Notes: generated by a model from the sequence alone, not told the origin. 63,430 bases of DNA, filler included, from Rhabdomonas costata (GCA_019059605.1; 38 parts of 38 records of this genome joined end to end with filler, not necessarily neighbours in it); one strand, 5' to 3'; shown: positions 37,000 to 49,432, numbered from the whole stretch's first letter. Program-made: numbers and translations.

Positions 37000-38361
37000 T
37001 CAACTTGTACTGTCCGCTGCCTCGCTCTCTGGCTCTGTTCCCGTCGCGAAGTTCCACAGAGCCTGCCCAACGGCCCACGCCCCACTCACTGCGGTCACCA
37101 GCAGCCACAGATACGCGAAAATCCGAACGTTCTGCCACACGTGATCCACCAATACCATGGACAACAGCCGAAGGGCGTTCCCGGCCGCGGAATGAGTGAC
37201 CCGTTTTGCGGGCTGCGGACTCTCCCGCACCATCTCCAGCAGAAGTGGCAAGGTCTCACTGGCAGGCCCAATGATTGGGCGGAGGATGGGGTCTGCCGCA
37301 GGGAAGGTATTGACGTCATAAACCGGGATGCGGTGCCGGCGTGCAACCTGCAGGGCCTTAGCAGTGACCCCAACACTAAAGCTTGTGCCCACAAACACCA
37401 TGACATCGGCAAAATTCATCCACTTCACGGCCCGGTCCCACTCAAAGCACCGGTGATCGACATACAGCTCGTCGAAAAATAACACCTGCGAGGTTCGGCG
37501 GGGTACATGGAAAAAGAGTGGGGAAGGCAATCATAACCCTTCCCCAACTGTTGCTGCACAGAGGACTCTGCGGCTGTGCGCTTCACAGCCTTTGTCCTTT
37601 GACAGCAGTATTTTGGGTGCCAGGCAAGCCACAGCAAGAGTGGACAGACGTCAACTTTTGGTTTGCAACGCGCTGCAAAGACAAATCGTTGAAACCCGTT
37701 GCACAGCGCATAGTCCTCCAAAAAACATCCAACCGCCACTTTTCTGTTCCCACCGTGGATTCTAACATTGTGACCGTCACCACTGCTAACCACACCACAC
37801 TACAGGGAGTCAGTGTACCCACTTTTAGCTGTTACCCAAGTCACGTATCCCTGTTCTCAATCCTTGCACAGCCCTTGTTTCATTCACTTCTCTGTGTGGT
37901 GCACCCCACACTGCCTCTGCGCTTATATCTTGGTATCCTCTCAAACGGCTGCCCAAGTGACGGAAGTGTCACGTCTCAGAACGTCCCATTGGGTGTGGAA
38001 CTGACTGGGGTTTCGTCAAAAACTACACAACAGTCAGGGAGGGAGTGTTCTACACGATGTACACTATCCTACCACTCCCACCCTCCTGGAAAAGCTGGAA
38101 AAGGGCCCAAAAGTTGGGAAACCTGGAAATCAAAAAGCATGAAAGCGGCGAGAAAGTGGCCGGCTCAAAAAGGAGGTTTATCGTCCGCCGCGTTCTCTCC
38201 TCTCGTCAACGTGACGCACCGCGGGAATCAGCGGCCCCCCGCACGCGGGGCAGTCCGGCACCGAGGTGACCTGGAGCTCCTCCTTTCCATCCGGGGTCAC
38301 CACCCGCTCCAGAGGCAGCCGCACATCGGGCAGAACCTCGTGGGTGCTGTAGACGCAGTGC
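37000..38361 (-). CDS. Sirtuin (Sir2 family), 3' exons 38361-38220 and 37485-37000, with a hydrophobic C-terminal extension
   Basis: Zinc-binding PDCPACGGPLIPA|VLFFDE followed by ADVMVFVGTSFSVG, VYDVN and IIGPASETLP. The GT-AG intron is phase 0. Confidence 0.9.
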
Positions 38362-38869
38362 NNNNNNNNNNNNNNNNNNNNNNNNNNNNNNNNNNNNNNN
38401 NNNNNTTAATTAATTAANNNNNNNNNNNNNNNNNNNNNNNNNNNNNNNNNNNNNNNNNNNNTGTTGGGAGTGATTGGGTTTTGGTGTCTGTGCTGTTTTG
38501 TTTGGCCTTTTCGGTGGTGTTTTAGCGTGTTTGGTTGCGCTGTGTAAGGTTTTGTGTAAGGATGGTCTGTTCTCGTCACGTTGCCCAGCGTTCTCCACAG
38601 ATGTGTTATCAGGAGTCATCGCTGTCTTTTCCGGACATATCCCATTCCCAGTGCCTTCAAGATTCAGATTGGATTTCAATACAGGTCATTGAATCGCAAT
38701 CGATTCAATATTTCATTTGATGCAACAGTTTCCGAAGTGAATATGGGTTAGGTGACCGAACCGAATGTTGCATCCCACCTTTACTAAGAGTTGGACACAG
38801 TCAGCATTTTGCTCCTCAGCTGTCCCTGACGACGCTGCAATGCACATAAGCGCACTTCACTTCCTTCAG

Positions 38870-39225
38870 ATCCGAAGCCTAGTGCCCGCCAACCGCACCT
38901 CCTTTGCCATCCACTTCGAGGGCCTGACGTGACTGCTAAGTCGTGGCTGGCCGAGTTGAGCAGATCCCCAGTGTAGGCTCGAAGCTTGTCGCTGCTGTGC
39001 TTTTTGGTCTTCCGCCGCCGCCCCACCAGTGCGCCCCGGGAGGTGCTGCACGGGCTGACAGGAACCCTGTGGCCCACACCTCAACGCTGCTTCTGGGCGC
39101 GCCGAAGAGCGGGAAGAGCACTATGATGAAAATCCTGTGTGGGCGGGCACAGGAGAGCCGCCTGGTGCAAGTGATTGGCCAGGTAATACAACGGGGTGCC
39201 CCGGCAAAGGGTGCTCCAACCCAAG
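38870..39225 (+). CDS. ABCG/PDR-type ABC transporter, N-terminal NBD exon carrying about 5 frame breaks (error-ridden gene or pseudogene)
   Basis: The composite frame reads IHFEGLT/VTAK/VVAGRVEQIPSVGSK/...REVLHGLTGTLWP/HTSTLLLGAPKSGKSTMMKILCGR...VIGQV/YNG, matching PDR 'VRFENLTV...ILK.VSG.IKP...TLLLGPPGSGKTTL...G.VTYNG'. It is flanked by the acceptor ttcag|38870 and the donor 39226|gtgcg. Confidence 0.8.
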
Positions 39226-40271
39226 GTGCGGTGAAAATGGGAGGGTGATGATGATTGCACCCTTCATTTTCCAAGGGCATATTGTTTTTCCACGGCGGGA
39301 AAGAGGGACCTGTATTTTTCCTCTGACGAGTCCGTTCCCTTTTGCCATGTAATCGCTGCCCGTTCAACTCGAGGGTACTGCTAACCTTTTCAATTATCCG
39401 CGTCAGATGAAGGGGAGGGAGCCGTGCATCACCCCCAGCAATATTCATCTTTGCCCACCGGCGGATACCCAGCAAAGATTTTCTTAATGATGCGGATAAC
39501 AGCCATTCTTGTTTGTTTCCACAGCTTGCTAATTGCCCTGGTGACGATTTTGTAGGGAAGCCTTACATATGAGCTCACACTCATCGCACCTGCCCTCCCG
39601 CGGACATCCACATATGTGCATTGCTGCTTTTATCTGATGCTTTCGAATATTCTTTTCCATACGTTCTGAACTTCTACTTTGGAAGACTTCTATTATTGTC
39701 AGTGCCACCTCAAAAAAGTCACAGCTTACAGAAGTGTGCACTAAATGAGACGCTTTCGAACTTCGATGATAAAAGGATGAGAAAACTGGTTCCACTGCAT
39801 ATCGATTGTGTTTTTCAAGCTGATTTTTGACCTTCTACTATCACTGCTTACTATTGAGGTGACACGGGCCATATTTGTCTGACGTGACACTTTTATCAAG
39901 GACTTGTTCTTCCGTGTGTTTCTTCGTGTCTTCGCCAGCATCTTGCGTCTTGTTTCCTTTCTTTTCACCCAACCGCTCTCTCCCATTGCCCTTGGCGCAT
40001 CCTCCCATGCCTGGCATCGTTCCCCCCCACACCNNNNNNNNNNNNNNNNNNNNNNNNNNNNNNNNNNNNNNNNNNNNTTAATTAATTAANNNNNNNNNNN
40101 NNNNNNNNNNNNNNNNNNNNNNNNNNNNNNNNNTTGTTAAGGAAAGTGCAGCCATGGCCCGTGCGGCGAGAGCCACGCGGTTGGCTTGCTGCCTCGGGCG
40201 CCATCCGAGGCCTTGCCCCGGGCACCTCGGCCGGTGGGTGGTGGAGAGGGGTATAGACTCTTGCGAGGAGG

Positions 40272-41704
40272 TTAGGGCCCAGCAGGGTTTGCCGCAGAGG
40301 GTCTTCCGGAGCCGTCGGGGGTACTTTGGTAGCCGATGTTGCTAACGATGTGGACCTTTCCGAAGGGGACAATAAGGGAGGCACCCAGCGTCCTTACTAG
40401 GGCATCCCCTGACCTTAAAAGAGGAGCAAAAAACGTTGCAAACTTAAACTCGAAACTGGGGCCCCCCCTCCCAATGGGCAATGAGCACGATTTCTTTGGA
40501 GCTGTGGGAAGGAACAGTGTTCATGAGAGAAAATAGGGTGGGAGTAAAGCAGTACAATATAGTGCCACCAGCATACGTCGTCGAAAAAGTCTAATTCAGG
40601 CGTCTTCGGACTTGAAAGCTAAAAAGAGATGGTGAAAAAACTCGGTATTACCTGAGTTGCCTCTTTTCGGCTTGTTGCGTTTCAACTCCTCCCTCTCACT
40701 TTTGAGATGACACAGGCCATATGTATGCAGGGTTACCGATAATTAACTGGCTAAGATTGCACACCATCAGCACACCATGCACCACATACACTATGCAGGA
40801 CTTCTGTCCCATGTCCCACCACTTCCAATGCGCTGCCTGCCGGAGGAGTACCTATCTGGCATCCAATACACAAGGAAGCAGCAGAGCTCATCCGATCACG
40901 GCAAAAAAAATACAAAGCGCCTCTCCTCCAGACGAGCACTATCCCACCATAATTTGGCTACGAAACCAAGAAAAATAAAGTAGAACCTTTCAGGGGCGTC
41001 TGCACAAGGAAAATACTGCAATTAACGGGCAAAACTGAAAGGTCACAGGACCGGCGACCCCGGAAGCGGAGCACAAAAACGTGCATTCGAGCCGGGCGAA
41101 AACTAGGCACCAGGACAAACAAAAAACAACCAAATTAGAGCTAAAAATCTAGCTAAAATAACCGAGCACACACCTTGCGCTGCAGACGTCATGCCCACTC
41201 ATCGCTGCAGCCGCAAACACCTGCCCAGCCCAACTCCGGAACAGCGGGTCTCCCCACACGTTCCGGTGGCTCATCTCCAGCGCATTCCGAAATACCAACC
41301 CAGTGGGCCAGCGCTGGAAGAACGTCGCGCGAGCCTCGGGGTGGGTGGAAAGGAAGACTTCCATCGATTTCCTCAGGGGGCCTACTTCCCCAGGAGCAAT
41401 ACCCAAAACACCCATCCGAAGGCGATTCTCTTGGAACAGCCGAAACAGATCGTATCCCACATCGCTGACCAGCTCGAAGTCATCGTCGATCCTCAGCTGC
41501 CAATCCCACTTCGACAGCAGCGCTGGGGCCACAAGGGTATAGAACTTGCATACGGAAAGCATGTTGACGTTCTTTGCGGGACAAGAAAGACCTTCGCCGC
41601 TGACGTGGGGCGCATTGCCGCCCTGCGTCAGGTTCATCGAGTGAAAGGAGAGGGGGTGGTTCCCAAAACCTCGTGTCAGAGCAGCCTTGTCAAGTTCCGT
41701 GAGA
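40272..41704 (-). CDS. GT15 (KRE2/MNT1-like) mannosyltransferase, exons about 41704-41174 and 40413-40272
   Basis: VCKFY...WDWQLRIDDDF...DVGYDLFRLFQEN...FRNALEM...AR|SGDALVRTLGASLIVPFGKVHIVSNIGYQ corresponds to the GT15 motifs MCRF, YWRVEP, NFEI, RWGDA and IGY. The intron is in phase. The 5' end of the first exon is uncertain. Confidence 0.8.
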
Positions 41705-43476
41705 NNNNNNNNNNNNNNNNNNNNNNNNNNNNNNNNNNNNNNNNNNNNTTAATTAATTAANNNNNNNNNNNNNNNNNNNNNNNNNNNNNNNNNNNNNNNN
41801 NNNNGTTGTGGGGGTCAGTGAAAGTGATACAGGACAAGGTGGCGTGCGTCCGAAGCCAGGTGATGAAGGCAGCAACTTGGCGGAGGTAGAGGATGGTGCG
41901 AGGGAGAAGTGCGCAAGTTGAGCAAAGGGTGTTGGTGTAGAGAGGACAAAAACCCAGTTACCATACAAATATAGAGGAAAGAGTCGGGGAACGTGAGGAG
42001 TGTGGTGGAAGATGGAGAGACGGAAGGGATGGCATGGGTTGGGGGATGATATCAGGTGGTGAGAGTGGAGGGGAAACGTGGCAATGAACGTGAACAGTGT
42101 GGGTAAAGATGGAGTTACGGAAGTGATGGAGGTGGAACGTGGCAAACGAGAGGGGATGTGAGGGAAGAAATATCCAATGTGAGGGTAGAGAGGTTGATGA
42201 CATATGTGGTGGCGTGATAGATGGCAGCAGGGCTCATGGAAGTGGACGGCTGACCGCGGAGGTGTGCAGCATGGTATGGCCACCTCAGATGAAGGAGGTG
42301 GAGTAGGATGCCTGCAGCCCGCTGAAAGCTAGCTGCACCGTGGTAACCGGAGGGGGTCCCGGACTAGCAGGCTGAATCAGCGTGCATTGCCACGCTTAGT
42401 GCAAGGCCTGGCACACCTTGCACTGGCTACAAGGCGGAAGGCTAACATCATGTAGGTAGCCCTGTCCATCCCAATAAAACATACGCCCATGATATCCAAC
42501 AAACCGAAGGTGCAAGAGGGCACAAGGAGGCATAGGGAGCCAGGGGGCAGGAAAGAAAGCGGTACGGAATGGTGCTGGGGAAGGGATGCTTGAATGGGGT
42601 AGGAGTTGTATGGATGTGGAGTGGGCAGCGTCGGTGCGGCACCAACCGCTGGCCCGTTTCGGTAGGTACGTGGGAGAAAAGCCGCAGGTGCAGGGCGTGC
42701 TTTGTAGCTTTGCTGGATGATGGCAAGGTGGTGCTATTTGACCACCAAGTGGATAAGAGCACCGAGGGTGGTGAGAAGTGGTGTGATGATGCCTTCTGTC
42801 GCCGTTCCTGACGAAAGCATATGTGGGGTCCGTTGGGATGAAGCGCCCGCGCTCTCCTGCTGCGGGATCACTGGAATTTGGTGAGGATCTGGGCCTCCAG
42901 TGCGTCACGGAGGCGGTATGCGCAGATGGCTTGGAGCTTTACGGAGCGGTAGCGAAAGTTGGTATCGGTAAAGCAATAACGGTTCTCTTTTCAGATACAG
43001 AGATGCATCGGCTGGCCGGAGGGCTGCTACATCCGCTGGTTATCGCCCGTGTTCAACGTGTTTGGCACCTCCTCAGATGATGAACTACCAGCGGTAGTGA
43101 AGCGTGTGTTGAGATCCTCAATTTCGGAGTACATCAGGCTGGTCGCCGCTTCATTGCTGCGCAAGAACCGTCCCCGCCTTCCACTCCACTTATGGCAGTG
43201 AATCAGCGCAGCATGAAACGCCGCCCAAAGCTTTTTCAACAAGAATGCCGGCACTGGACATGGGAAAACCAAGCGGGGCGCTGCCCGCAGCCGGCTCAGC
43301 TGTGGCCACATCTGGCGCGCTTGTCGCGCCATCTTTTCTGCCAGCTCTCAATCCACGATTCTTAGCACATGCGCCANNNNNNNNNNNNNNNNNNNNNNNN
43401 NNNNNNNNNNNNNNNNNNNNTTAATTAATTAANNNNNNNNNNNNNNNNNNNNNNNNNNNNNNNNNNNNNNNNNNNN

Positions 43477-44645
43477 TGGTGGTACTCATATGGGGAGTAC
43501 GTTGCTGTTGACGTCAACGTGCTGACCTCCATAAATACTCACCTCCCATATGAGTACTACCACCTGCCTTTTCCTCGCCCAGAAGGATACCCCAAATCTG
43601 TGCTCAAGCAGGACAGCGAAAACCTGGGGGAAATCCTCATGGGAGACAGAATAAGGAAGTCGCCATACAAGGACGTATGTGCATTTTTTACGAAGTGAAT
43701 ATGTTGTGGAATGCCGCTAGAGGATGGAACATTCTCTGGCTGCCCTCTCTCTCCCTCTTAGGTGCAAATGGCGGTTCCCTTCAACTGCAAGGTGGTCGAA
43801 AAACCAGTCAAGTTGGACCCCCAAGGCAGGGCTCTGTTTGAGAACTTTATCAAGGAGGAATACGTTGTCCACTTGTACGCGCATTTCATTCACGCCCATG
43901 ACATCTTTTTTTTTTTGCATCTGCGGCCCTTTGTGGTGCCACGTTGTTGTTGCTCCTCAGAATTTTGGACAGTCTACCTGTCTCGATGCAAAATCTGGAA
44001 ACGAACACGTTTTCCATTGGATTTCCCATTGGGGCGAGAGAGGTCAACCCGCGGGAGAAGCCTGACCAGAAGTCCGAAGAAAAGGCACAGTTTGCTTTGT
44101 ACAACCACCTGGCATTCACGATTAAGTTTCACAAGACGACTTCAATGGGAAAGGAGGTCAAGCGCATTGTGGCGTTCATAGTCAAACCGATGAGGTGCGA
44201 GCCCGCCCCCTCTGCCGTTTTTCAGGTTTCCGAGTGATCCATGCTCACTTTGCTTTCGTTGCCGCTTCTTTCTTTTAAGCGTGAAGCACGTGATTGACCG
44301 CAACGGGAATGTTGAATCGTGTAACGAGAAGTTTGACCCCACAAAAACGAGCCCGGTTCACACAGAAGATGACGTCGTTGCGTTTACGTACTCGGTGACT
44401 TGGGAGGTATGTGGTTTCTGCTCCGTGAATGCCGAGGACAGAGTTTTTCCGTTTTTTTGCCAGTGCTGCTTTGACTGGGTGCTTTTTAAACTTCATCATT
44501 TCCTTCGGTCTTCTTTTGTTTTTTTAAATTGCAGCAAAGCTCTGATCAATGGGCCACCCGTTGGGACCCTTATCTCAATGTCTCCGACTCCGAGATCCAC
44601 TGGTTTTCCATTCTGAACTCCCTGCTGATTGTGCTGTTCCTGACT
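43477..44645 (+). CDS. TM9SF: Transmembrane 9 superfamily (TM9SF2/4, EMP70) protein, exons 43477-43674, 43762-43874, 43961-44194, 44280-44406 and 44535-44645
   Basis: LTSINTHLPYEYYHLPF...SENLGEILMGDRI...ILDSLP...LYNHLAFTIKFH...TYSVTWE|QSSDQWATRWDPYL...IHWFSILNSLLIVLFLT. Four in-phase GT-AG introns of 87, 86, 85 and 128 nt. Confidence 0.97.
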
Positions 44646-45148
44646 GTTTGTGGCCCATTTTTCTTATTTTGTGCTTCAAAGCGCTGATTCTGGCAACACT
44701 TTGTTTGGTTGAGCATAGAAACCCGCCTCAGCGTCAGAAAATCATGTTGTTTCACCTATTCTTCAAGGGTTTAGTAAATCACCCTTTGTACACGTTTTTT
44801 GTGCAAGTTGAGACTTGTGGTACCTTTTGCATTCAATTGACTGTTCTGAACAAGTGAGAAAGACCTTGTGGGTGTCTTGGCATGGCTTCTTAAAAGACAA
44901 TGACTGCTGTACATAAAAAATACCTGCGTCGACTTGCCCTCACATCACCTTAAATGACAACTATTATATACAAATAAATTTAACATAATATAAAATACAT
45001 CTTAAATCATATTTATTTATAAAATATTTTTATATAAAATATAATATANNNNNNNNNNNNNNNNNNNNNNNNNNNNNNNNNNNNNNNNNNNNTTAATTAA
45101 TTAANNNNNNNNNNNNNNNNNNNNNNNNNNNNNNNNNNNNNNNNNNNN

Positions 45149-45960
45149 GGGGTTTTGTAGTTTGTGTCGTAGTCTGTGTCAGGTGCTGTGTCTGTGGTGC
45201 TAGGGTTGGTGCTGATGCTGTTGGGGTTGATGGTGTGGTTGGAGCGGTGGGTGTGGTTGCTGTTGGGTTGGTGCTGCGTTGTGTTTGTGCTTGGCTAGTG
45301 GTGTTGTGTGCTGCTCTGTGTTCCTGTTGTTGGTGGTGGTGGCTGTGACGGAAGGTGTGTCGGGTTCATGCGTTGCGTCTGTGGTTCTGTGGTTGGCGTC
45401 ACTGTTGAGGGGTTCAGGGCTAATGCGAAGGTGTGGCTGTAGTGGAGTCGTAGGGTGTAGTCAACCATGCCGTATCTGTCAACCATGCCGTGTCTGTCTC
45501 AACCATGCTCACTGTCAACCATGCTCTCAGTGTCCGTCTCAACCATGCTCTCTGTCTCCTGTTCTTGATGCTCCTGTGTGTGTTCCTGGCGATGTTGGTG
45601 CTTGCTGTTTGCTTCCTGCTGTTGATGTCCTTGCTGCTGGTGTTGATGCTAGTGGTCCTGGTGGTGTTCGCGTTACTCCTGCGGTGGTTGTCGGCTCTCA
45701 TGGTGTTCTTGGCTCTCATGGTGGTGTCGTGGTTGGTGCGTTGGTTCTGTGCTGCTTCTGTGCTTCTGATGTTAGTGCTGTGGTTGTACTGGTTGTGTCT
45801 GAGGGGCTGGTGTGTCACGGGAACGGAGGATTGTACGTGTTTCTTGCTTCTGTAGTGATGCTGATGTGTGATGGTAATGCTAAGTGTAGGGGTAGTGCTG
45901 ATGTTGATGCGAAGGGAGAGCGCAAGGGTAGTGATGGTGCGAAGTGTGAGAGTAGGGATG
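45149..45960. repeat. G/T-rich low-complexity region with 5 copies of tcaaccatgc (about 45460-45550)
   Basis: Strong strand skew, gtt/gct/ggt triplet runs and a short tandem unit. Confidence 0.7.
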
Positions 45961-48585
45961 AGTCGAAAGTTGAGACGCGAACCCAACCAGCTGCCTCGAA
46001 CCCTCCCAACCCCCTCACGTTGACATCACAGTTGGGGATTTAGCGTAGGGGAGTGAGAAGGATGAATGTTGAGAGGTGAAGGGTGCCTTCTATTTGCGAT
46101 CCCCTCCATTCTTCCATCCATCCACTACTACGGCATGCCTCGATGCTCTCGACATGCCTTCGTGACTCAAGTGTAAGGGAAAGCGTAAACCTCTCACTGA
46201 GGGAGTTCAGCGTGGCTTCGCCAAGGACGGAACGAGTGGAAGCACCTTAGGGTGGTGAAACGAGTGAAGTGACATGTATAGAAGAGTGAAGTGGTTTCTG
46301 AGGACCCCACGCATGCTGAGGGAGTGTAAGAGTGCATGAAGAGTGCATAGATGATGATGATGGTGGCGTGGGGCCCCCAAGAAGTCGGTCCGCTTCGCGT
46401 CCCTCCCCTCCTATCGATCACGTGATGGTTCGCACTCGACATTCACTCGCTGATGCTCGTTCATGTCTCCTGTTCACTGTCTTAGTAGTTGAAGAGTCGC
46501 ATTCTCAGGTCTTCGAATGCTCCCGGTATTCTTTCTTCTGTCGTCACTCGCTACGCTCGACTCAACAAACAAGGGAAACCAAACTACATAAAGTACGTTA
46601 CACCACAAACTCAGAACTGCACCATACCACAAGGCTGTTTTCAAACCCCACCTTTACCTACCTACTCAACAAACAGCCGGTTAGAGAATTGACAATTCGC
46701 TTAAAAGATCAACACCCCCANNNNNNNNNNNNNNNNNNNNNNNNNNNNNNNNNNNNNNNNNNNNTTAATTAATTAANNNNNNNNNNNNNNNNNNNNNNNN
46801 NNNNNNNNNNNNNNNNNNNNGATTCGAGAGGCAGCGGCAAAAAGGAAAGGGGGGGGGTCTGTAATCTTGGCAGTTGCGGTGCCATGATTGTCCGTCCATC
46901 CTGCTCCCGACTCGCCGCATCCCAAGCTGCCCACCTGTCTGGAATAGCGCAGTCCTGTCGCCAGTTTGTGCTGGTGCGTGCGTGGGTGTGGGATTGCGCT
47001 CTGTTGGGGGGGCTGTCCATCAGTTGGGATGTCAATTGCTGTTGAGGCCTTCCCTGTGGCCTTTTTGCTTGCTTCGTGAGCCTTGCCCGTGAGCTCAACT
47101 TGACTTCGTTCGTTTCACAGTGATTTTGGCCTCACCTTCGAGGGGCTGCGGCGAAGAAAGAGAGAGACCCAGCTCCAGCGGGACCGATCTCCAGCGCCAC
47201 CACCCACGGAGAGAGGTGAGCCTTGGTTTGCAGCGCTGCAGAGCCTTGGTTGCTTTGCAGCACTGGCATACCACAGCTATTACTCTATGATTTCGCGATA
47301 GCCCTCTGCGTCCGAAAGTGGAAGTGCCATGCGCGTGCGGACGCGCAAATATGAACATCAGGAAGTCGGGTTCTGGGCTCGCACCCCTGCTCTTTTTTTC
47401 GCTCTTGGAAAAGACAGTAAGTTTTCTGTCTGGTTTTCATGTTCCAGCTTTGTGGATCAAGAGAATACGAATTGTGATGGTTGCGCAGATTTCGCTCTAC
47501 GATGCCGATGCCGGCCCCAACGTTTTTGCGTGCGGGTGGAGGAGCTTCCAGAGGGACGTATGCTGCGGCACAGCCCGAGGGCCGGAGCACACAGCCGGGG
47601 GTGGTTTCGAGATGCCAGTATTCTGCGCGGCTTAAACGTAAAGTGGTCGATAATGTGGTGGGGAGGTCCTTCCACGCAAATCAACTTTCCACAAGTATGA
47701 TCCGTATTTCTTTTTCTTCTTATTGTTCTCGCGTTTACATTGGAGGCTGGCACCATGATCCCCATTTAAGCGTCCACTACCACTGTCACCACCACCACTA
47801 CCATCACCAATTCCCCCTCAGCCCTCTCCCCATCATTACAATTCCTTCATCCCATCTTTGTACGCTTATTATTTGCTTGGTCATGGTGGTGGTGCTCAGC
47901 GAAACGGAAACGGCAGGAATGGGTGGAACGTGGGGCACCTGCGTGGGCGTGGGACCGAGATGGAGAGTCGCCTGCCAGAAACACTCGCTTCCTGCCAAGC
48001 CCACTGGCCTTACACGTTCGGGCGCTGAGAGGTTTAGCTGAGGATTTAGCAATCCGCAAATTGTCTCGGACTCTCAGGACATTCGAGGGTTCCAGGGTTT
48101 GCGTAATGAGGAGGGAGCCTATTTTGGGGTTCACTTGCAGACTACACAGCCCCTACTTCTTTCCTTCTGATTCTTTTCCTGTTACTCACTTTTTGGTGAT
48201 GCTCATTTTGGGCTTCTTGTGCTTAACATGCAGCACAGCATGACTTTCCAAGTGGGCGCATCCAACAGGGCCCGCGGCTGCGCATTCCAGAGCAGACGGG
48301 AGCCCTTTACCGCTGTCCAGGAGGAAAGAAGTAGGGGCTGTGTAGTCTGCAAGTGAACCCCAAAATAGGCTCCCTCCTCATTACCCAAAACCNNNNNNNN
48401 NNNNNNNNNNNNNNNNNNNNNNNNNNNNNNNNNNNNTTAATTAATTAANNNNNNNNNNNNNNNNNNNNNNNNNNNNNNNNNNNNNNNNNNNNGGTTTTTT
48501 TGAGGCTCTGGGGACCCGCAAAATCCGTTGAAAATGGGCTTTTTGGTGCCAAAAAATGGCTTCAAAAGGTAGCGGAGGAGAGACG

Positions 48586-49057
48586 TGGGATAACCTGGTC
48601 CAAGGCCGCCAAACCGGGGGAGGGCTCCGGGGAGGAGACTCCCCGGAGTAGGTGTAAACCACGGGGCCCCTCTTAGGGAGGGGGAGGGGTGCGGCGACAT
48701 GGGTCGACAATGGGGTGTCCCGGGTGAAAAAATCGACCCTCCGGAAATCGACCCAACATGATGTTTTTGAGGTCGGGGATGCCAAAAAAAAACGCGTTTT
48801 TATGCGGATTTGTGCGCTTTTGCGGCTGTGGTGGAGGCTTTTGGGGGCCATTTTCATTGAAAAGGGGCTTTTCGCCGCAAGAGGGCTCAGAAAGGGATCA
48901 AAATGAGCGAAATCCACCCTTTGGGCGAGTGAAAAATACGTTATCCAAAGGATAGTGTGAGGTATTTTGAAGGACTCGGAGCATGGGATAACCCCCGAAA
49001 AGGCCGCAAAACCCGAGGGAGGGGGTAATCCCCTCTCCCCGGAGTAGGTGTAAACCA
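48586..49057. repeat. Degenerate direct repeat with about 396-bp spacing, ending in the identical 23-mer ctccccggagtaggtgtaaacca
   Basis: The 23-mer occurs at 48639 and 49035, each preceded by tgggataacc...aaggccgc.aaacc. Confidence 0.85.
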
Positions 49058-49432
49058 TTGTGCGATAAGCCGTTGCCTCTCGTTTCGTTACGGGACCCTT
49101 AGCGCAGCGCCTTAACTTGTGAGAGTTAACTCAAGTGAGATGATGTCAGTTCTGGAAGAAAAAACTAAACGTGCAGATGACCAATCAAAGTCTAAGGTGT
49201 GAAGTGGGCACATAAGCAACAATACGACACACACCGTCAGTCAATAGAAAACCCTTTTTTGCACAAAGGGGAACAATACAACGCAGGCGGGCAGCGGTAA
49301 AAAAAAAAAGAGCAGCAAAAGGGCACACCCAAAAGGCCGTTGACTCCGCTCTTGATCGCAAAGCACATCTGAATACGCAACACCCACTCATCGAAACGAT
49401 GAGCAATAATACATTGAAGGCGTTAACTTCCA

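Noticed and set aside
37518..38417. 299-aa plus-strand ORF
   Set aside because: It is antisense to the sirtuin intron and exon, has no motifs, and ends in the spacer.
44960..45048. AT-rich tract as an origin or organellar insert
   Set aside because: It is a short low-complexity intronic stretch at a contig end with no supporting features.
45279..46043. Cys-rich metallothionein-like or membrane ORFs
   Set aside because: Several frames are open only because of G/T-rich low complexity, and the CQPC repeats come from the tcaaccatgc unit.
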